Source: Callorhinchus milii (lineage: Eukaryota). Taken from it: DNA of 64,000 nt. Location: NCBI RefSeq assembly GCF_018977255.1, contig NW_024704744.1, positions 46,190,001 through 46,254,000 on the forward strand, read 5' to 3'. The position numbers and the translations under genes are program-made. Under the pieces are notes generated by a model. The model was given only the letters and a program-made list of their open reading frames with translations. It searched no databases and had not been told where the DNA came from. Position 1 is the stretch's first letter, and each line of letters begins with the position of its first letter. Positions 1 to 13,039 of the stretch are shown here, piece by piece.

Positions 1-584
1 AGGAAAGGCCCTTTGTGTACTGATATGTGAGTATTACTGATCTTGTTACATGTAAACTCACTAACATGGAGTAACTGCCACTGATGTGATTTTACTAATG
101 AATAAGTTCATTCTACATTTTCAGCAGGGACTCGCAAACAAATAAGATCTGTTTTTTCTGCCAGGGATTTTCATTTATCTTCTTTTCTCTTTTCTTTTTC
201 TGTCCTTTTAATCTTTATTTCTTTGTATTAATCTTCCTCTCTCTTCCTCTTCTTCCTGTCTCTTTTTCTTCAGTCTTCGCAGGGCCTGTACTTTCCATTT
301 GTATTCACATGTTCCTGCTCAACCTGTTTTCTACTTTCCCAGACAAATTATTGTTGATATTTTAAATGACTACAAATAGCAGTTACTGGATGAGAGTTGA
401 GCTCCACCTTGAAAATATTCAGTACAGGAATGAGATATGAATGAACGGTAAAGTATGGTAAAATTACCTGCAATCTTCTCTGGAGATAATAATATTTACA
501 TACCTTATTGGGTGTTTTTCATCTCCTACTGGTAACCGCACAGTATTAAGATTTAAAATAATGATAATGATCCTTGTATTTCAT

Positions 585-795
585 GCTATTTTCGGCACTT
601 TGGACCATACCTTCCTCCTCGATCCTCTGTTCTTCTTCATTCACCATTATGGTTCAATTCCATCTCGCCTCCCTGCCTCCACTTTGTCTCCAACAGTTCT
701 TCCTCCTACCCTCAGGGAATCCCGTTCATGATTCCTCCTTGTCTGACATCAAGGCCTAGATGAACAACAACTTTCTGCAGCTAACATGAATAAAA
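585..795 (+). mobile_element. Decayed L2 LINE RT fragment
   Basis: Remnants of L2 motifs (..FDTVDH.., LSDIKAWMNNNFLQLN-like: ttgtctgacatcaaggcctagatgaacaacaactttctgcagct), matching the L2 copies at 7015-7070 and 63280-63320. Confidence 0.6.
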
Positions 796-799
796 TAAT

Positions 800-1197
800 C
801 ATAATAATCCTTATATTTGGTATGGGGGTTTCACGTCAAGAGCATGGTCCAAAGTGCTTCAAAGGATGTACTGTAAAGTGCAGTGACTGTGTGTTTTGTG
901 GGTGAACCCAGCAGTCCAATTGCGCACAGCAATGTCCCATAAAGAGACATAAAAAAAAGATCAATTTTATTTGGGGGATTGTTGGTTAGGACACCAGGAG
1001 AAACTCCCTATCAATGAGATCTTAACATCCACCTAAACAAGCAGAGGGGCCTGGGTTGAACATCTCATCTGAAGGACGGCACCTCTAGCAAACCACCAGT
1101 ACTGCATTTGGAGTGTCAGCTTAGACAATGTGATTCCAAGTCCCGATGTGAGGCTTGAACCCACAACCTTCTGAGTCGGAACTGAGAGGCTGACACC
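800..1197 (-). mobile_element. Deu-domain SINE (SacSINE1/AmnSINE1-like old family)
   Basis: Reverse tail ataataatccttatatttg, Deu core gcacagcaatgtcccataaa and gatcttaacatccacct, head ttgaacccacaaccttctgagtc. Confidence 0.85.
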
Positions 1198-2189
1198 TTT
1201 AAGAGAGAAATCTGATGAGTGCTGTTGCATATGGAAAACACAAAAGCGTTCAAAATGATTCAAAATACCTTTTGTATTTCCTGGCTGCCTGGTTCTGATC
1301 CATACATAACTTGCAGACCTGGTTTAGATCAATAAGGACTCCAGTCATATCTCAGGGAATTGCCTTTTTTATTTTTAATCACTGCTATGTTTAAGTGAAA
1401 ACATTTAGAGAAATATGCTTAATTCAAATGACCCACTGTTGCTCCCTAACTTATCCCTTCAGAAGCTGCACAGAACTGGAACGAGTGGGAAAATCAGTCA
1501 AAAATAAGGTGAGACCCAGACCAAGCACATTAAGAAAAATCTATCGTCTGCTTAATTCACATGTAGTTATGACTTTGTAGCTTTGCAATTCATTGCCCTG
1601 AATTTATTTTCATACAAGAAAAGGATTGTGTATAGAGAAGCTGTCATTGAGCAGTCAGAGAGAGTGAGAACAAATTACACTACCAATGAGATCCAAACCT
1701 GTAAGGGTTACTTTTTAAGAGATTTAGAAGAAAAACACATTTCAATTTAGGGGAGGGGGGAGGTGGGGGCTGACATTTGCAGGGGTGATGCCATGGCTCT
1801 GGGAATATTTTCTGTATTCCCATACCCCAAAGTGTTTGCAGAGCAGTCTACAGAATCACAGAAAATTATAAATATCAATTTTTGGTATTGAACCTGGGTA
1901 AAAGATAAACAAAAAGGTTTGAATATTCAGCTATCTTCATATTTGATTGAGTGTCTTCTGCTCTCTGCTCTCTGCCAAAAACACATACTGGAATGCCGTG
2001 CACCTCCGAGAAAACTATCATGCACAATATATAAATGCAAGTTGTTTTTGTCGATTGGGGAAAAGTAAGTGTTAGCGAGAGTTAAAGAAGCAAACTAATC
2101 TCCCATTACATCTATTGATAGATTCTGCTAACCTCCCCTTTTTTTTCTGGTAATGAATTAATGCTCTATTGTTACCACCTCACACAAGA

Positions 2190-2560
2190 GTGGAAACAGT
2201 CTTTATTTCTCCTATCAAAACCAGTCATAATTTTGAGAACCTATAACAGATCCCTTCTCAGTTTTCTGTCTCCGATGAAAACAGAACCAACTTTTCAAAT
2301 CTGTAACCTCTCAACCCTGGCATCATCTCAGCTGTACCCTCTCTGTGGTTCTGATTTCAGTTGAATTCTTATCTTTCAAAACAAAATACAGAATCAGCAA
2401 GGAAAATATGTCAATAATAATACAGAATTACATAGAATCTACAGCATTGAAACAAGCGGTTCTGCCCAACTACTCTATGTATAGTCAAGATGAGTCTTCA
2501 CCCCTCCTAATCGGCCTTCTTTAGCTTCCCCCCATAACCCTCTATTCCCTTCTCCCAATA
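2190..2560 (-). mobile_element. Decayed CR1 LINE fragments (RT end and 3'UTR)
   Basis: ataattttgagaacctataacagatcccttctcag is the reverse of the LRGDLIEVFKI region; acatagaatctacagcattgaaacaagc is a reverse CR1 3' terminus. Confidence 0.65.
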
Positions 2561-2726
2561 TGGACTCTGGCCCAGGTTCATTCTACTATGCAGACTACTT
2601 TAGATAACATTGCTGAAGTCAGTAATAAATAAGTAAAATTGTTAGAGAGAGGGTGGGAAACAACAAAACGGCTCTAAAAGTGTGTTAGTCTGGTTGAATG
2701 GAAGTCAGCATAATTGAACAATAACA

Positions 2727-3090
2727 TAATAATAATAATCCTTGCATGTGATTTAGTCCCTTATCACATCATCAAGATGTTTCAAAGTGCTTCATAGATT
2801 GCACTGTAAACTGGTGTGACTGGGTATATTTTGTGGGCAAACACAACAGCCAATTTGCACAGGGCAATGTCCCATCAAAGCTATGAAATTAATAACCAAT
2901 TGAATCTGGGGGTTGTTGACACTCGGAGAAATTCCCTTCTCTTTTTGAATATGCCATGGGATTTTTAATGTCCACCTGAACAGACAGACGGGACGTCATC
3001 TTAAAGTCTTATACAAAGCACAGCATCCCCCCCAGCACTGCATTGGCATGTCAGCTTGAGCTATGTAATTTCAAAGTCCCAACATGAGGA
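2727..3090 (-). mobile_element. Deu-domain SINE
   Basis: (aat)n-ccttgcat tail, cagccaatttgcacagggcaatgtccc, gccatgggatttttaatgtccacctgaacagacagacggg. Confidence 0.85.
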
Positions 3091-3092
3091 AC

Positions 3093-3172
3093 TCTCAGTG
3101 TTTGGCTTGGAAACTCTTAAGCATGTTGATAGGTTTCCGTATGCCTCTGATACCTGGGTGACCAAAACAAAC
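3093..3172 (+). mobile_element. MER131-like SINE 3' fragment
   Basis: cttaagcatg..ggtttcc..atg..gatacctgggtgaccaaaacaaa; homologous to 52048-52123. Family name from recalled consensus. Confidence 0.55.
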
Positions 3173-5142
3173 GTTGGTATGAAAGAGAAAGTAATTGCAA
3201 AAAAAAAAGCTTAGGTGCAATTCTTCTTTATTTCGCCTTGCCTTCAAATAGCTTTGTATCTTTATGGTGGAGGCTGTGTGGTATTAACCCCTTCTTTAGT
3301 TTGTAATTTAATATTCATGGTGTCATTTTCCATGGCCTTTTTGTTCGGCAGGAGGGGCGCTGGGGATTTGGCATTCAGTGCTTTGATGGTTTAGTAATAA
3401 TATACCCATCTTATTTGAGGCCCTGGCAGTGAAGCAAGTACAGTCTCCACTCACACGGTCTCTACTCAAGTTTTCTATTCAAGGATTAGATACAGAGGAT
3501 CCGGAACAGATCTTTGACGGCATGAATTTGAAGTTGATCTTAATTTTTCAGTGAGGACTTTTCTGACTTAAAAGCACTCAAAATTGTTTCCTTTTAAAGC
3601 TGATAAAGTATGATCTGAATAGTCATAACTTTGTGAACAGTTATGTCTGGGGAGCTATATATATAATGACTTATATCAGGTCACGATACACTGCATGCTT
3701 ATTGAACTGAAGATGAGCAGTTTTACTCAATCTAAGGGATAAATATGTGGGACTCCTTCCTCTTCCTCTTCCAGGATTGGTTTCAGTCATCTGGGTCAAT
3801 TACAGTTCAATGAACAAGCTGCTGGAACAAGTTAAATGTGTCCATCCGGGTCAGGAGGGGCTAAATCCAGTTAGAAAAGATTAAACAATGGCAGCTGTGA
3901 CAGAACAGAGAGAAGGCTCCTGTCAGAAAGGGTCTGACAAAGTGGTCTTCTCAGACTTCTGTCAGCTCATTAGGAACCCTGAAAGTAGCCTCTGGGTAGG
4001 AATCGCTGAGAGCAAAAAGAAAGGCTTTGTATTGGCCACCATTCTGATCACATTATCTAATTGTAATGGGGTTTCAATAATCAGAGCAGGTTTGGTCACG
4101 GTGAATTCTACTGGATATATTGGACTGCCAAGATGACAGCCTATTATGGATGAATTACTGCCCTATAGTAACCCACATGACTATGCCATACAGGAATAGA
4201 CCCGTTGTACTGGTAAGTCTGATATCTCACACCTAGATTATAGAACACCATTTGATTATTAGACACATATCATATGCCATCGAATGAACCCGATCCAAAT
4301 GTTTTCTGTAGGAGTGTATGTCACACAGACTGCATTGTTAAGTACACTTAAGCTAAAATTGAATGAGCTTAACTGTCTTGGTTGTATTTTTAGCATTTGT
4401 GCCTGGGGACAGATTATTTCCTAGAAATGAGCAGCTGAAATTTTTGCTTCCGATGCAGTTCAGATCGTCTCACAGTAAATTCTAATCCAAGGGTTGGAAT
4501 TTCTCAATTGGTTTTAGCTCTCTGGAGTTTGGGATCAACAGAAACCAAAGTATTTGGATTCGATCTGCTGAATTGTGCCTCAGGCTAAAGCTGACTTCCT
4601 GAGGCTCAACCCTATTAAATACATTAACCTCTGCACAGGCAAAATAGTGAGCACAACTGTCTTAGATGGTGCTTGCCAACATATGCGGTGGTTCATCGAT
4701 GATGCAATCAACGTGTTTGAGATAGCTCAGTAGTACCTGGTGGTAAGACGCAAGTTCTTCTCTCTGATGGTACTTGTTGTACCCCATTCCCTCTCTTGTG
4801 TGATGGATGTTTAGCAATATGAACTGTAAAAGCTAGTACAAGAAATCCAATTTTAAAGCTAATGCTGAGAGTTATGCATTTATTAGGTGGCATCAGAGTT
4901 AAGTACAATGCCAGGTAACTCAATATGTTAAAGCATAACTAGTAGCAGACATTTGGACCTTCATATGAGGGAGAGGGGAATAGAAGGTATGGGAGGGAGT
5001 CAGGAATGGGTGGAGGCTAGTTGGATTGAGTGGGCCATTTTCATACTGCACATTTCATTTGTTCTAACTCCTCTTCCTTTCCCTGGCGATGGGATTATCA
5101 GATTTTTGAATAATAACCTACAGTAGGATATCGCAGAAAATA

Positions 5143-5264
5143 CAGGGTGACCAAAAAGTCGTGCAGTTACCCTATTATCTAAAAGCAAAACAAAAATATC
5201 ATAATTTCTTCAAGATTTATTAGACATTGTAATTAAATGGTATCATGCCTTTTTGGTCACCCTG
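5143..5264. mobile_element. Tc1/mariner-type MITE
   Basis: Perfect 16-bp terminal inverted repeats (TIRs) cagggtgaccaaaaag (5143-5158) / ctttttggtcaccctg (5249-5264); TA on the left flank, TC on the right. Confidence 0.85.
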
Positions 5265-5274
5265 TCGTGAAGGG

Positions 5275-5785
5275 TGAATAGGGCATTCAGACCATTGAGC
5301 TCTTTCTACAGGCTAAATCCTATACTATTGGTGGACTCTACCTCACTTACCCTATCCTATCTCCGAGAAGAAAGTTCTGGAGATATAGTCTATGGTCCCC
5401 AAATGTCATCAAGCTAAATAGTTATTGATCCCATATCGTCACTATTCAACCCTTGGTTCCTTCTCTCCACAGGCCTAATTTCTCCCAACAATACAGCATT
5501 GTGTCCTGTGGAATCTATATCTATGTCAGTCTGCATCTAGCTCTCAGTAATCTTTTCCACATATTTGAACTACTATGTTGGGAGGGGAACAAGCTTCTAA
5601 TCTCTGGTCTACATTCATGTTTGTTAACTTTAAACATACTTCTAGTTCTGTCATCATGGATTAAGCCAACTAAGTTGCTTAGATGCTTCCTATATATCTG
5701 CTTCTGGAAAACCAATACAACGTTGGTTGGGTTTGAGTCTCCAACTCTATTTCACATGTGCACTACAACATGTATTGTATGTAGA
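5275..5785 (-). mobile_element. Very old CR1 LINE fragment
   Basis: Degenerate reverse CR1 motifs (ggcattcagaccattgagctc, ctatgtcagtctgcatctagct, tatttcacatgtgcactacaac). Confidence 0.45.
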
Positions 5786-6529
5786 AGATATTTGCATTAA
5801 TCAACTTGTTTTGATGAAGTGTCTACAAAATAGATCTTGTTTGATACAAATATGATGGTGTCCAGGACTGGGGATCTGAATGGTCAGCAATACGGCATAG
5901 ATTATAACTGTTGAAATAGCCTACTTTTTTGGTCTCTGTAAATCAATTTTACTTTGCTTATTGTCTGTGCTCAAATATGTTCAATGCTTCATTTGGACTT
6001 CACGAGGGAACAAAGTTATTATTAAAAGAGCATTAAATTGGGTCGATATGAGCAGTAGAGTTGCTTGCAATTAGTTCTGTTATCCTCAAATGACAGTAGC
6101 AAAATTGAATTGTCCATGTTAGGAAAGTAAACTGTTTATAAAGCACAAGGTCTTGTAGAATTAAGGTACCTTATTCTATAGAGAGAAACATTGTTTTACA
6201 GACTGACTGAATAAATCATTCACACCTTTTGCTGGCTGTGACACATGGTTTATTTATTTCGTGGTCCCTTGTGTGCATACCCGATATCAGCACACATGTG
6301 TTGATTTATCTTAGCGATGTTTTTTTGACTCAAGTCATATATATTATGACAATAATTGATATAGTCTTGCACATTTTTACAATGTCAGTGAATTGAGGCA
6401 GGAACTTACATGGTGGGGGTGGCCATTCACTTTATTCTTGTGTTCTGAGTTTGACAATTACTTGATATTAAATTTGTTATCATATTTAACCTTCGAAGAG
6501 GTTTAAAACTGATTTAAAAACTTCTCAGT

Positions 6530-6848
6530 GCATCTGTGCTGAGACAGCTGATCTCAGCCAAGGCAGGAATAGGAGCTTGAAAATTGGCCCTGAGCTAGCA
6601 ATGCGAAAATTAGTTAGGGCTTTTGCTTCTAATCCCCATCCAGTGATCCCTCTGCTTGAAGGCACCATATACAGACATCAGGTGAGAACAGGATTGGGCT
6701 CAGCTGTGATACCTTCATTGTCGTATAGGCTGTTAACTCTCACTTTGTGGACTGAGACGTGAAGAATGATCACTTGGGCAAGGTGCTGGAAGATGACCAG
6801 CACCTGTGGAACCATACCTCAGTACAAGTCAATACTTTCAGGCAGAAA
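6530..6848 (+). mobile_element. Old SINE of a second family (body and 3' part)
   Basis: gctgatctcagcc..gacatcaggtgagaacaggattgggctcagctgtgat..gaagaatgatcacttgggcaagg; reverse homolog at 51107-51440 carries a tRNA-like head. Confidence 0.7.
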
Positions 6849-6892
6849 ATTGTTATGGGGGAATTGAAAGTTTAAAAAAAAGCAGTGAGTGA

Positions 6893-7903
6893 GCACTCCC
6901 CCTTGGTGTCATCATCCGCAGATAAGGGGTCAACTTCCACATGTACATGGATGACACCCAATTGTATCTCTCTGCTTCCACCCTCAATTCCAGTACACCT
7001 GATGTCCTGACAGACTGTGTGTCAGATATCAAGTCCTGGATGACAGTCAACTTTCTACTGCTGAATGTCAGCAAGACTGAGGCTCTCCTGATTAGCTCAT
7101 GTCAGCACCTCCTCAGCTCAGGCACTGGTAGCATCAGATGCACACTCCACCTCACCAAGCCAGTCAGGAACCTGGGCATCTTGTTCAACCCTCAACTGTC
7201 TTTTATCCCCCATATCCATGCCATGATCTGCTCTGCCATCCCCCACCTCCACAATATTGCCCAACTCCACCATTGACTCACCCCTCAGGCCACCGAAACC
7301 CTCATACACGCATTCGTCACTTCAAGGCTCGACTATGGAAACTACCTCCTTGTTGGCGTCTCCAACTCTTCCCTCCACAAGCTGCAGATCATCTAGAACT
7401 CTGCAGCTCGTGTTCTCTCCCACACCAGGCTCCGTGACCCCATCACCCCCACCCTCCCCCGGCTCCACTGGCTCCCCATCCCTCAGAGGATAGAATTCAA
7501 AATCCCAGTCCTCACTTTCAAAGCCCTCCACGCCTTGACCCTCCTACATCTTTGACCTGCTAACCCCCTATCAACCCGTGCATTCCCTCCGTTCAGCAGG
7601 CTCCGGCCTGCTCCATGTCTCCCACCTGACCCGCCCTACCATCGATGAACGGGCTTTCAGCCTCTCTGCCCTCACCCTTTGGAACTCCATTCCACAATCC
7701 CTTTGCCTTGCTCCCTCTCTTGCCTCCTTCAAGGCACGACTCAAGACCCTCCTTTTTGACTGTGCCTTCAGCCGCCCTCCTACCTGTCTGCCCTCCCTCA
7801 TCCCATCCCTGCCCCCTCACAGTTGGGTCCTGGCTATTCAGTGCCTTGGGATGTCTTCCTGACGTGAAAGGTGCTTTATTAATGTAATTTAGTGTTGTTG
7901 TTG
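6893..7903 (+). mobile_element. L2 LINE, 5'-truncated, RT C-terminus plus 3'UTR and (gtt)n tail
   Basis: ORF 6941 MYMDDTQLYLS (YADD motif), NFLLLNVSKTE, VRNLGILF; later FVTSRLDYGN, RLHWLPI..RIEFKI; tail gacgtgaaaggtgctttattaatgtaatttagtgttgttgttg; frameshifts and stops. Confidence 0.95.
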
Positions 7904-7992
7904 CTTTCCAGATTAAATTTTTTCTTCTAATCTGTGCATGATTCTACAGCTCAGAACCAGGTTATCACCTTAGGTACAAATCAACTTGTGGC

Positions 7993-8100
7993 TTTTCCTG
8001 CATATAGCATTGTTGTCAGTGAGTCTGACAAGGCAGCAGTTGGGTATTCTCCTGCGTACAGCAATATTGTCAGTGTGTCTGACAGGATAGCATTTGGGTA
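7993..8100. repeat. Two-copy 54-bp tandem duplication (44/54 identical)
   Basis: Units 7993-8046 and 8047-8100; both keep tgtcag-N5-ctgaca. Confidence 0.9.
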
Positions 8101-8606
8101 TAAGATAGCAGCGCATAAATAGTGCAAAGCCTATGCTAGATTTAAGCATTGGGTATCGTCAGCAGCAAGTATTTCCTCTGGCATTAAATTATGTTAGCCT
8201 TTGCTAAGCTCTGTTACATTTTACACTCCTCAATAAATTATTTTTATATATTTGCACTTTTAAAATAATTTTGGGGGCAGTCATACTGTCTTAAGGGACT
8301 TGTGGCGGTAAATATTCATAACCCAATTTTACCAGAGATGTGTGCACAGAATTGTATGGAGCAATCTACTGCTCGCAGTAACGTGAACTCTCTGTTTTGA
8401 GTTGTTAAGGTGGTGAATTTACCCTATCTTAACAAGTGGAAATGACACAGTGAAGGTTAATGAGTATTGCTTACATACATGGCATTTATGTTGCACTTCT
8501 TATGGGACTCTGGAGTTCCAGAAATCAGAGCGACACAGTTTTCCTGGAGCTCTGGAGTTCATGTTTGTCAAATGACATTCAATGTATGTGCAGATGTCTT
8601 CATATC

Positions 8607-8762
8607 ATGGCTGTTGATGGGACATTCCTGTATGCAGATTTGAGTGCTCCATTCGCCTACAAAATACACATTCACTCCACTTTACAGTGCATCCTGTGAG
8701 GTACTTTGAGATGTCCCCTCAAAGTGATAGGTGCTGCATCAAATGCAAGGATTATTGTTATT
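8607..8762 (+). mobile_element. Deu SINE 3' fragment
   Basis: atggctgttgatgggacatt..caaatgcaaggattattg. Confidence 0.75.
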
Positions 8763-9532
8763 CTATTTCTTGCATGACAATGTCAAGACATCCACTTTTT
8801 GGGATCAGCTAGGTGTCTTTCACACACGGAAACCTATCACAATATTTAAATTCAAACTGCTGAGAGTACCACATAAGCATGCCATTTATGCACGGAATTG
8901 CCCTTTGCCTGGAATGGAATCTGAACTATCTCCCTGGAGAGACACACACAACTTGCCAAATCCTAGAGGGTGTGAGACGCAGGTTAGCAGCAGCCAATGA
9001 TTCAGGATCCTAGAGTGTGTACAGGGTTAACTGCAAGAGTTTAACCAAGTAAACTGCACAACTTGCCCTTGGTCACTGTCTAGGAAGTTTCCCCTTGCTT
9101 GTACAACTAGAACCCAACTACCTGTCCAAACAGGCACAAAACATCACCGGGCTGATGTGCTCTGTATTCATAGTATTGATATTACATATCAATTAATATC
9201 ATAACATCTATGACTCCTGACAGAAAACAATGCTGAGCTAACCAGGCAGGCTTGCTCCTGGAGTCAAAATTCTTGATGGAAAAGTGGCATATGTTTCCCC
9301 TGCTGCTATAGAAAAAATGTAGAGTTCAGAACTAGGCTGAGGGACTAACACTTTGGAGACTGTGAATTGGTTTATTTTTAAAAGATTTTACACTATTAGG
9401 GGGCAATAAGAAGAATTGGTAATAAAATCATCCCATTTATCAGGGCACCACTTTTAGTTGGCTGGCAAATAATTTTGTGTCACCAGGGATACATCGGTAC
9501 ATACAAAGGATTAATGATGTTTCAGGATAGTT

Positions 9533-9830
9533 AATAATAATAATGATTGAGGACATCTGAAAGCGTGTCACAGTATTCACCATAAAGTGACTTTGTATTT
9601 TCGTTGATGAAAGCGACAGTCAATTTGCGCACAGTAATGTTTCACAAGCAATAGTGCCACGGGATCTTTAACATCCACATGAACAGACAGATGGGATCTT
9701 AGTTTAAAATCTCATCCATCTGAAAGACTGTACCTTTGACAATGCAGGTTACCCCTGTACTTAACTGGATTGTCAGCATAAACTGTGAACTCAAAATTCT
9801 GTTGTTAAGATGAAATGAAACTGAGCTAAA
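9533..9830 (-). mobile_element. Deu SINE, degenerate
   Basis: caatttgcgcacagtaatg, gccacgggatctttaacatccacatgaacagacagatggg. Confidence 0.8.
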
Positions 9831-10623
9831 TTAAGCTGAAAGAAACACAGAAAAAATATACACTGGTATCCCTATATTCCTACCACTCAAAACCTCATAA
9901 TTTTGGTAATGTAAGATCAATCTCTACTCATCTGCAAATATAATATAATTTTAAAAGTCTAGCACTGGATTAGATTTACAAGTATAACAGATATTCAAAA
10001 AAAATTCTCAAGAATTAGTGTATCATAAGAAAATACATTGACAGTACAAGCTACATTAATGTGATATTTAAGGGCAAGCTTCCTAGCGCTAGAATAACAA
10101 CATTGAAATAAATACCTCTCATTGAACATAACCTAAAGGTAGCGAGGGTGAATACAGCTGGTTGGTTCATTCTTTATATCTTGTCCTGTGACCTTTTTAA
10201 ATATTCACTTTTCAGTCAGATATTGACCTCCTGGGGCCTCTCACAGTTGCGGCGCCTGTTCATTGCACACAGGAAGCTGATGCCACCTAGTGATGTGAAC
10301 ATCAATTTGTTTGTGGTGTTGCAGCTGTGGAGAAGTTCATGTTCCATATTGCCTCTCAGTCGTTCCCTCCCAAAGGCAAAATGCTCCCAAAGCACTGACT
10401 TTTGAATCAAATACAGAACAAAAGAAAAAGAGAGAACTGCGAAATCTTCCTCAGGATAATTTGCATCAAGAAGCTTCAAATAAGAAGCTGTTGTGAAAAT
10501 TCATCAATGTTTTTTAATGTTTGTTTTTAAAACTAGAACACATTGAATTCAATTGTGTAAAAATGTTCTTATGTGTGGGAGCTGTTTTATGCTGATGTCT
10601 GTATGGATGTGCAGTGTGATGTG

Positions 10624-10779
10624 TGAGCCTGGCTCAGTTGGTTGTACTCTCACCTCTGAGCCACAAGGTTTGTGTCACCTACAAAATACAGCCACTATGC
10701 TTCACAGTAAATCCTATGGAGAACTTTAAGTTGTCTCACAATAAGATAAGGTATTATACCAAATGCAAGGATTATTAAT
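10624..10779 (+). mobile_element. Internally deleted Deu SINE (head joined to tail)
   Basis: tggctcagttggttgtactctcacctctgagccacaagg followed directly by cctacaaaataca..caaatgcaaggattatta. Confidence 0.7.
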
Positions 10780-12357
10780 ATAAATGTGTTTAGCAAAATT
10801 CAGTGCCTCATGTTGCACATTTGAGAGTGGGGAAAAAAAGTTTGTTAAGGCTTTAAAAGAATTTCTCACATTTTCTGTTTTTCCTTTCCCTCCAACTTGG
10901 TGAGTACTGTCATTCCAACAACATGTCCCCAGGAATGTAATACTCATCATCCTATTAATACAACACAATGTACATTTATACAGCAGCTCAGGAGGATGTC
11001 TTGACAAAGCTGGATGGGCAACAGGCTGGGACTGAGAGCCAAGAGGGTTGGGGAGAGATCAACCGAGTAATAATGGGGGGACTAGTCTGATACTTGGTGA
11101 AATCTGCTTTGCAATGATGGGAAGAACCACCATATGTGAGTTATCACTGTGTGGTGAAGAGGGTGAACAGGAGACTTGATCCTCAGCCTTTACCACTGCA
11201 GCCAGTGGTTTATTGTGGACAAAATACTTCAGGGAAACACTTTATTTTTAGAACTTATTTATAATAATACTAGCATTTGATACACTGCTTACCATGTTGT
11301 CAAGACTTCTCAAAGTACTTCATAGAATAAACTGTAAAGTGTAGTGACTGTGCATTTTGTGGGAGAAACAATACATTTATCATATCAATATGGAACTTCA
11401 TATTATAAATGATGGTATTATAATAGTCAGTTACAGGGAGACGAGGTGAGAAAGGCAGAATAACTGATATCCTTAAATAACCATTTATTTTGTTGGATGA
11501 CATATTAAAAAAGTGTCTCTTGGAAAGGTCACTTTTGCCCCAAATATTTTCCCAGGGCAAGAACACATCACTCGCACAGTATTAATTGTCAAAATTTCTA
11601 ATTATATCCCAAAGATACATGGGCATATTTAGTGAAAAGACTGATCAAGTAATAGAGAGGTGATACATCCAGTGATATTTCATGGTTAAATAGCTTGCAT
11701 TTTTCCATGAAACTGGGACACTGACTTTCCATTCAGTATCAGAGATGCTTTTGAATTCGATTTTCTACAGTTGTGAAGAAAATATCGCAAGTGTACTTTT
11801 AAAGTATTTGAAACCGTGAAATATCATATCTGAACCTCAGAGAGCGGACCGCAGGGTGAATTTGATCATATGTATGGCTCAGCCTTAAGTTCATAGTTGT
11901 CATGGTTTAATGTGTAACAATAGAGAATAGGAGTTCTCGCTGGCACGTGTACTGTAGATGATTGATTTTCATTTCAAATAAGTCATTTGTTCTTGCTGAG
12001 GTCTAAATTGTAACAGGAACTATTAATAATGTCTCTGAATAGCAAAAGGAAACTTCACCAGTAACCCTGAAATAAATCGCACTGACCCATGGACACTGTG
12101 CTGTGATGCAAGCAATTTTCTGTCAATGTTCATATGTGAATAATGGAGAGGTATAGAGAGAGACTAAATGTCTGTAGAATTCTACCTCCAGAGAAGGAAA
12201 AATAATGAAATGCCTTCAGGAGAAGAATATTGGCCTATGTATTCATCTACAAATGCACTATCACTAAGTGCTTTGAAGGTGTTTTCTTGACGTGATAAGA
12301 TGCTATATCAAATGCAAAGATTATTATTAAAAAAGCTGTCTATTTGTCATTTTCTTT

Positions 12358-12630
12358 CTACAACAATTTACATTTATATCGCACCCTTCACATAGGGTAG
12401 CATCTTGGAGTGTTTTACAAAGACGGGATTGGATGCTGAGCAAGGGAAAGGGAGAGGAGGCTAGAGGGAGGTGCCGATAGGCACAGTTAAAAAGGTAGGT
12501 TTTAAGATGGGACTTAAAGATAGATAGGAAGAGGACAAAACAAAGGGTTAGGAAGTTTCAGAGGTTAGTGCTGTACTAGCTAACAATTGGTGAACAATGG
12601 TGGTGATGGGGGAGTGGGGGGAAGTGCAGC
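12358..12630 (-). mobile_element. L2 3' end
   Basis: acaacaatttacatttatatcgcacccttcac tail followed by purine-rich reverse 3'UTR (ggcacagttaaaaaggtaggttttaag). Confidence 0.7.
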
Positions 12631-13039
12631 TGTCCTCCGTTTTCATCTCCATTGTCTTTCAGCCCTTTTTTATTTTAACTTTTTTTAAACTCTTTTATAC
12701 CAAACCTGACCGTGAGTGAGACAGAATGGCTATAATATAATAATCCTTGCATTTTCATACAACACCTTATCACGTTGTCGAGATGTCTCAAACCACGTCA
12801 CAAATATATACTGTAAAATGGTGTGACTGCATGTATTTTGTGGGCAGAACATGAACACAAAAGCATAGGTTTATTTTAAACATGATTATTCATACGGGTT
12901 CCACAGTTCCATGCAGCTGAATAAAATGTATTATTTACAATACATGAGGTCAGGACTGGCATTAGCTCCAATTCGTACTGCATCATTAAAATCTAACTCC
13001 ACAATCCTAGCATGCTTTAGGTCTTGTTTAACTGCTATC

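Noticed and set aside
342-447. Plus-strand exon candidate after a long pyrimidine tract
   Set aside because: It has stops in all frames and a weak donor (gtaaag); unsupported without transcripts.
1210-1240. Hammerhead-like ctgatga-gtgc-tgtt-gcat-atg-gaaa
   Set aside because: GAAA is displaced 3 nt from helix II, and helices I and III cannot be formed.
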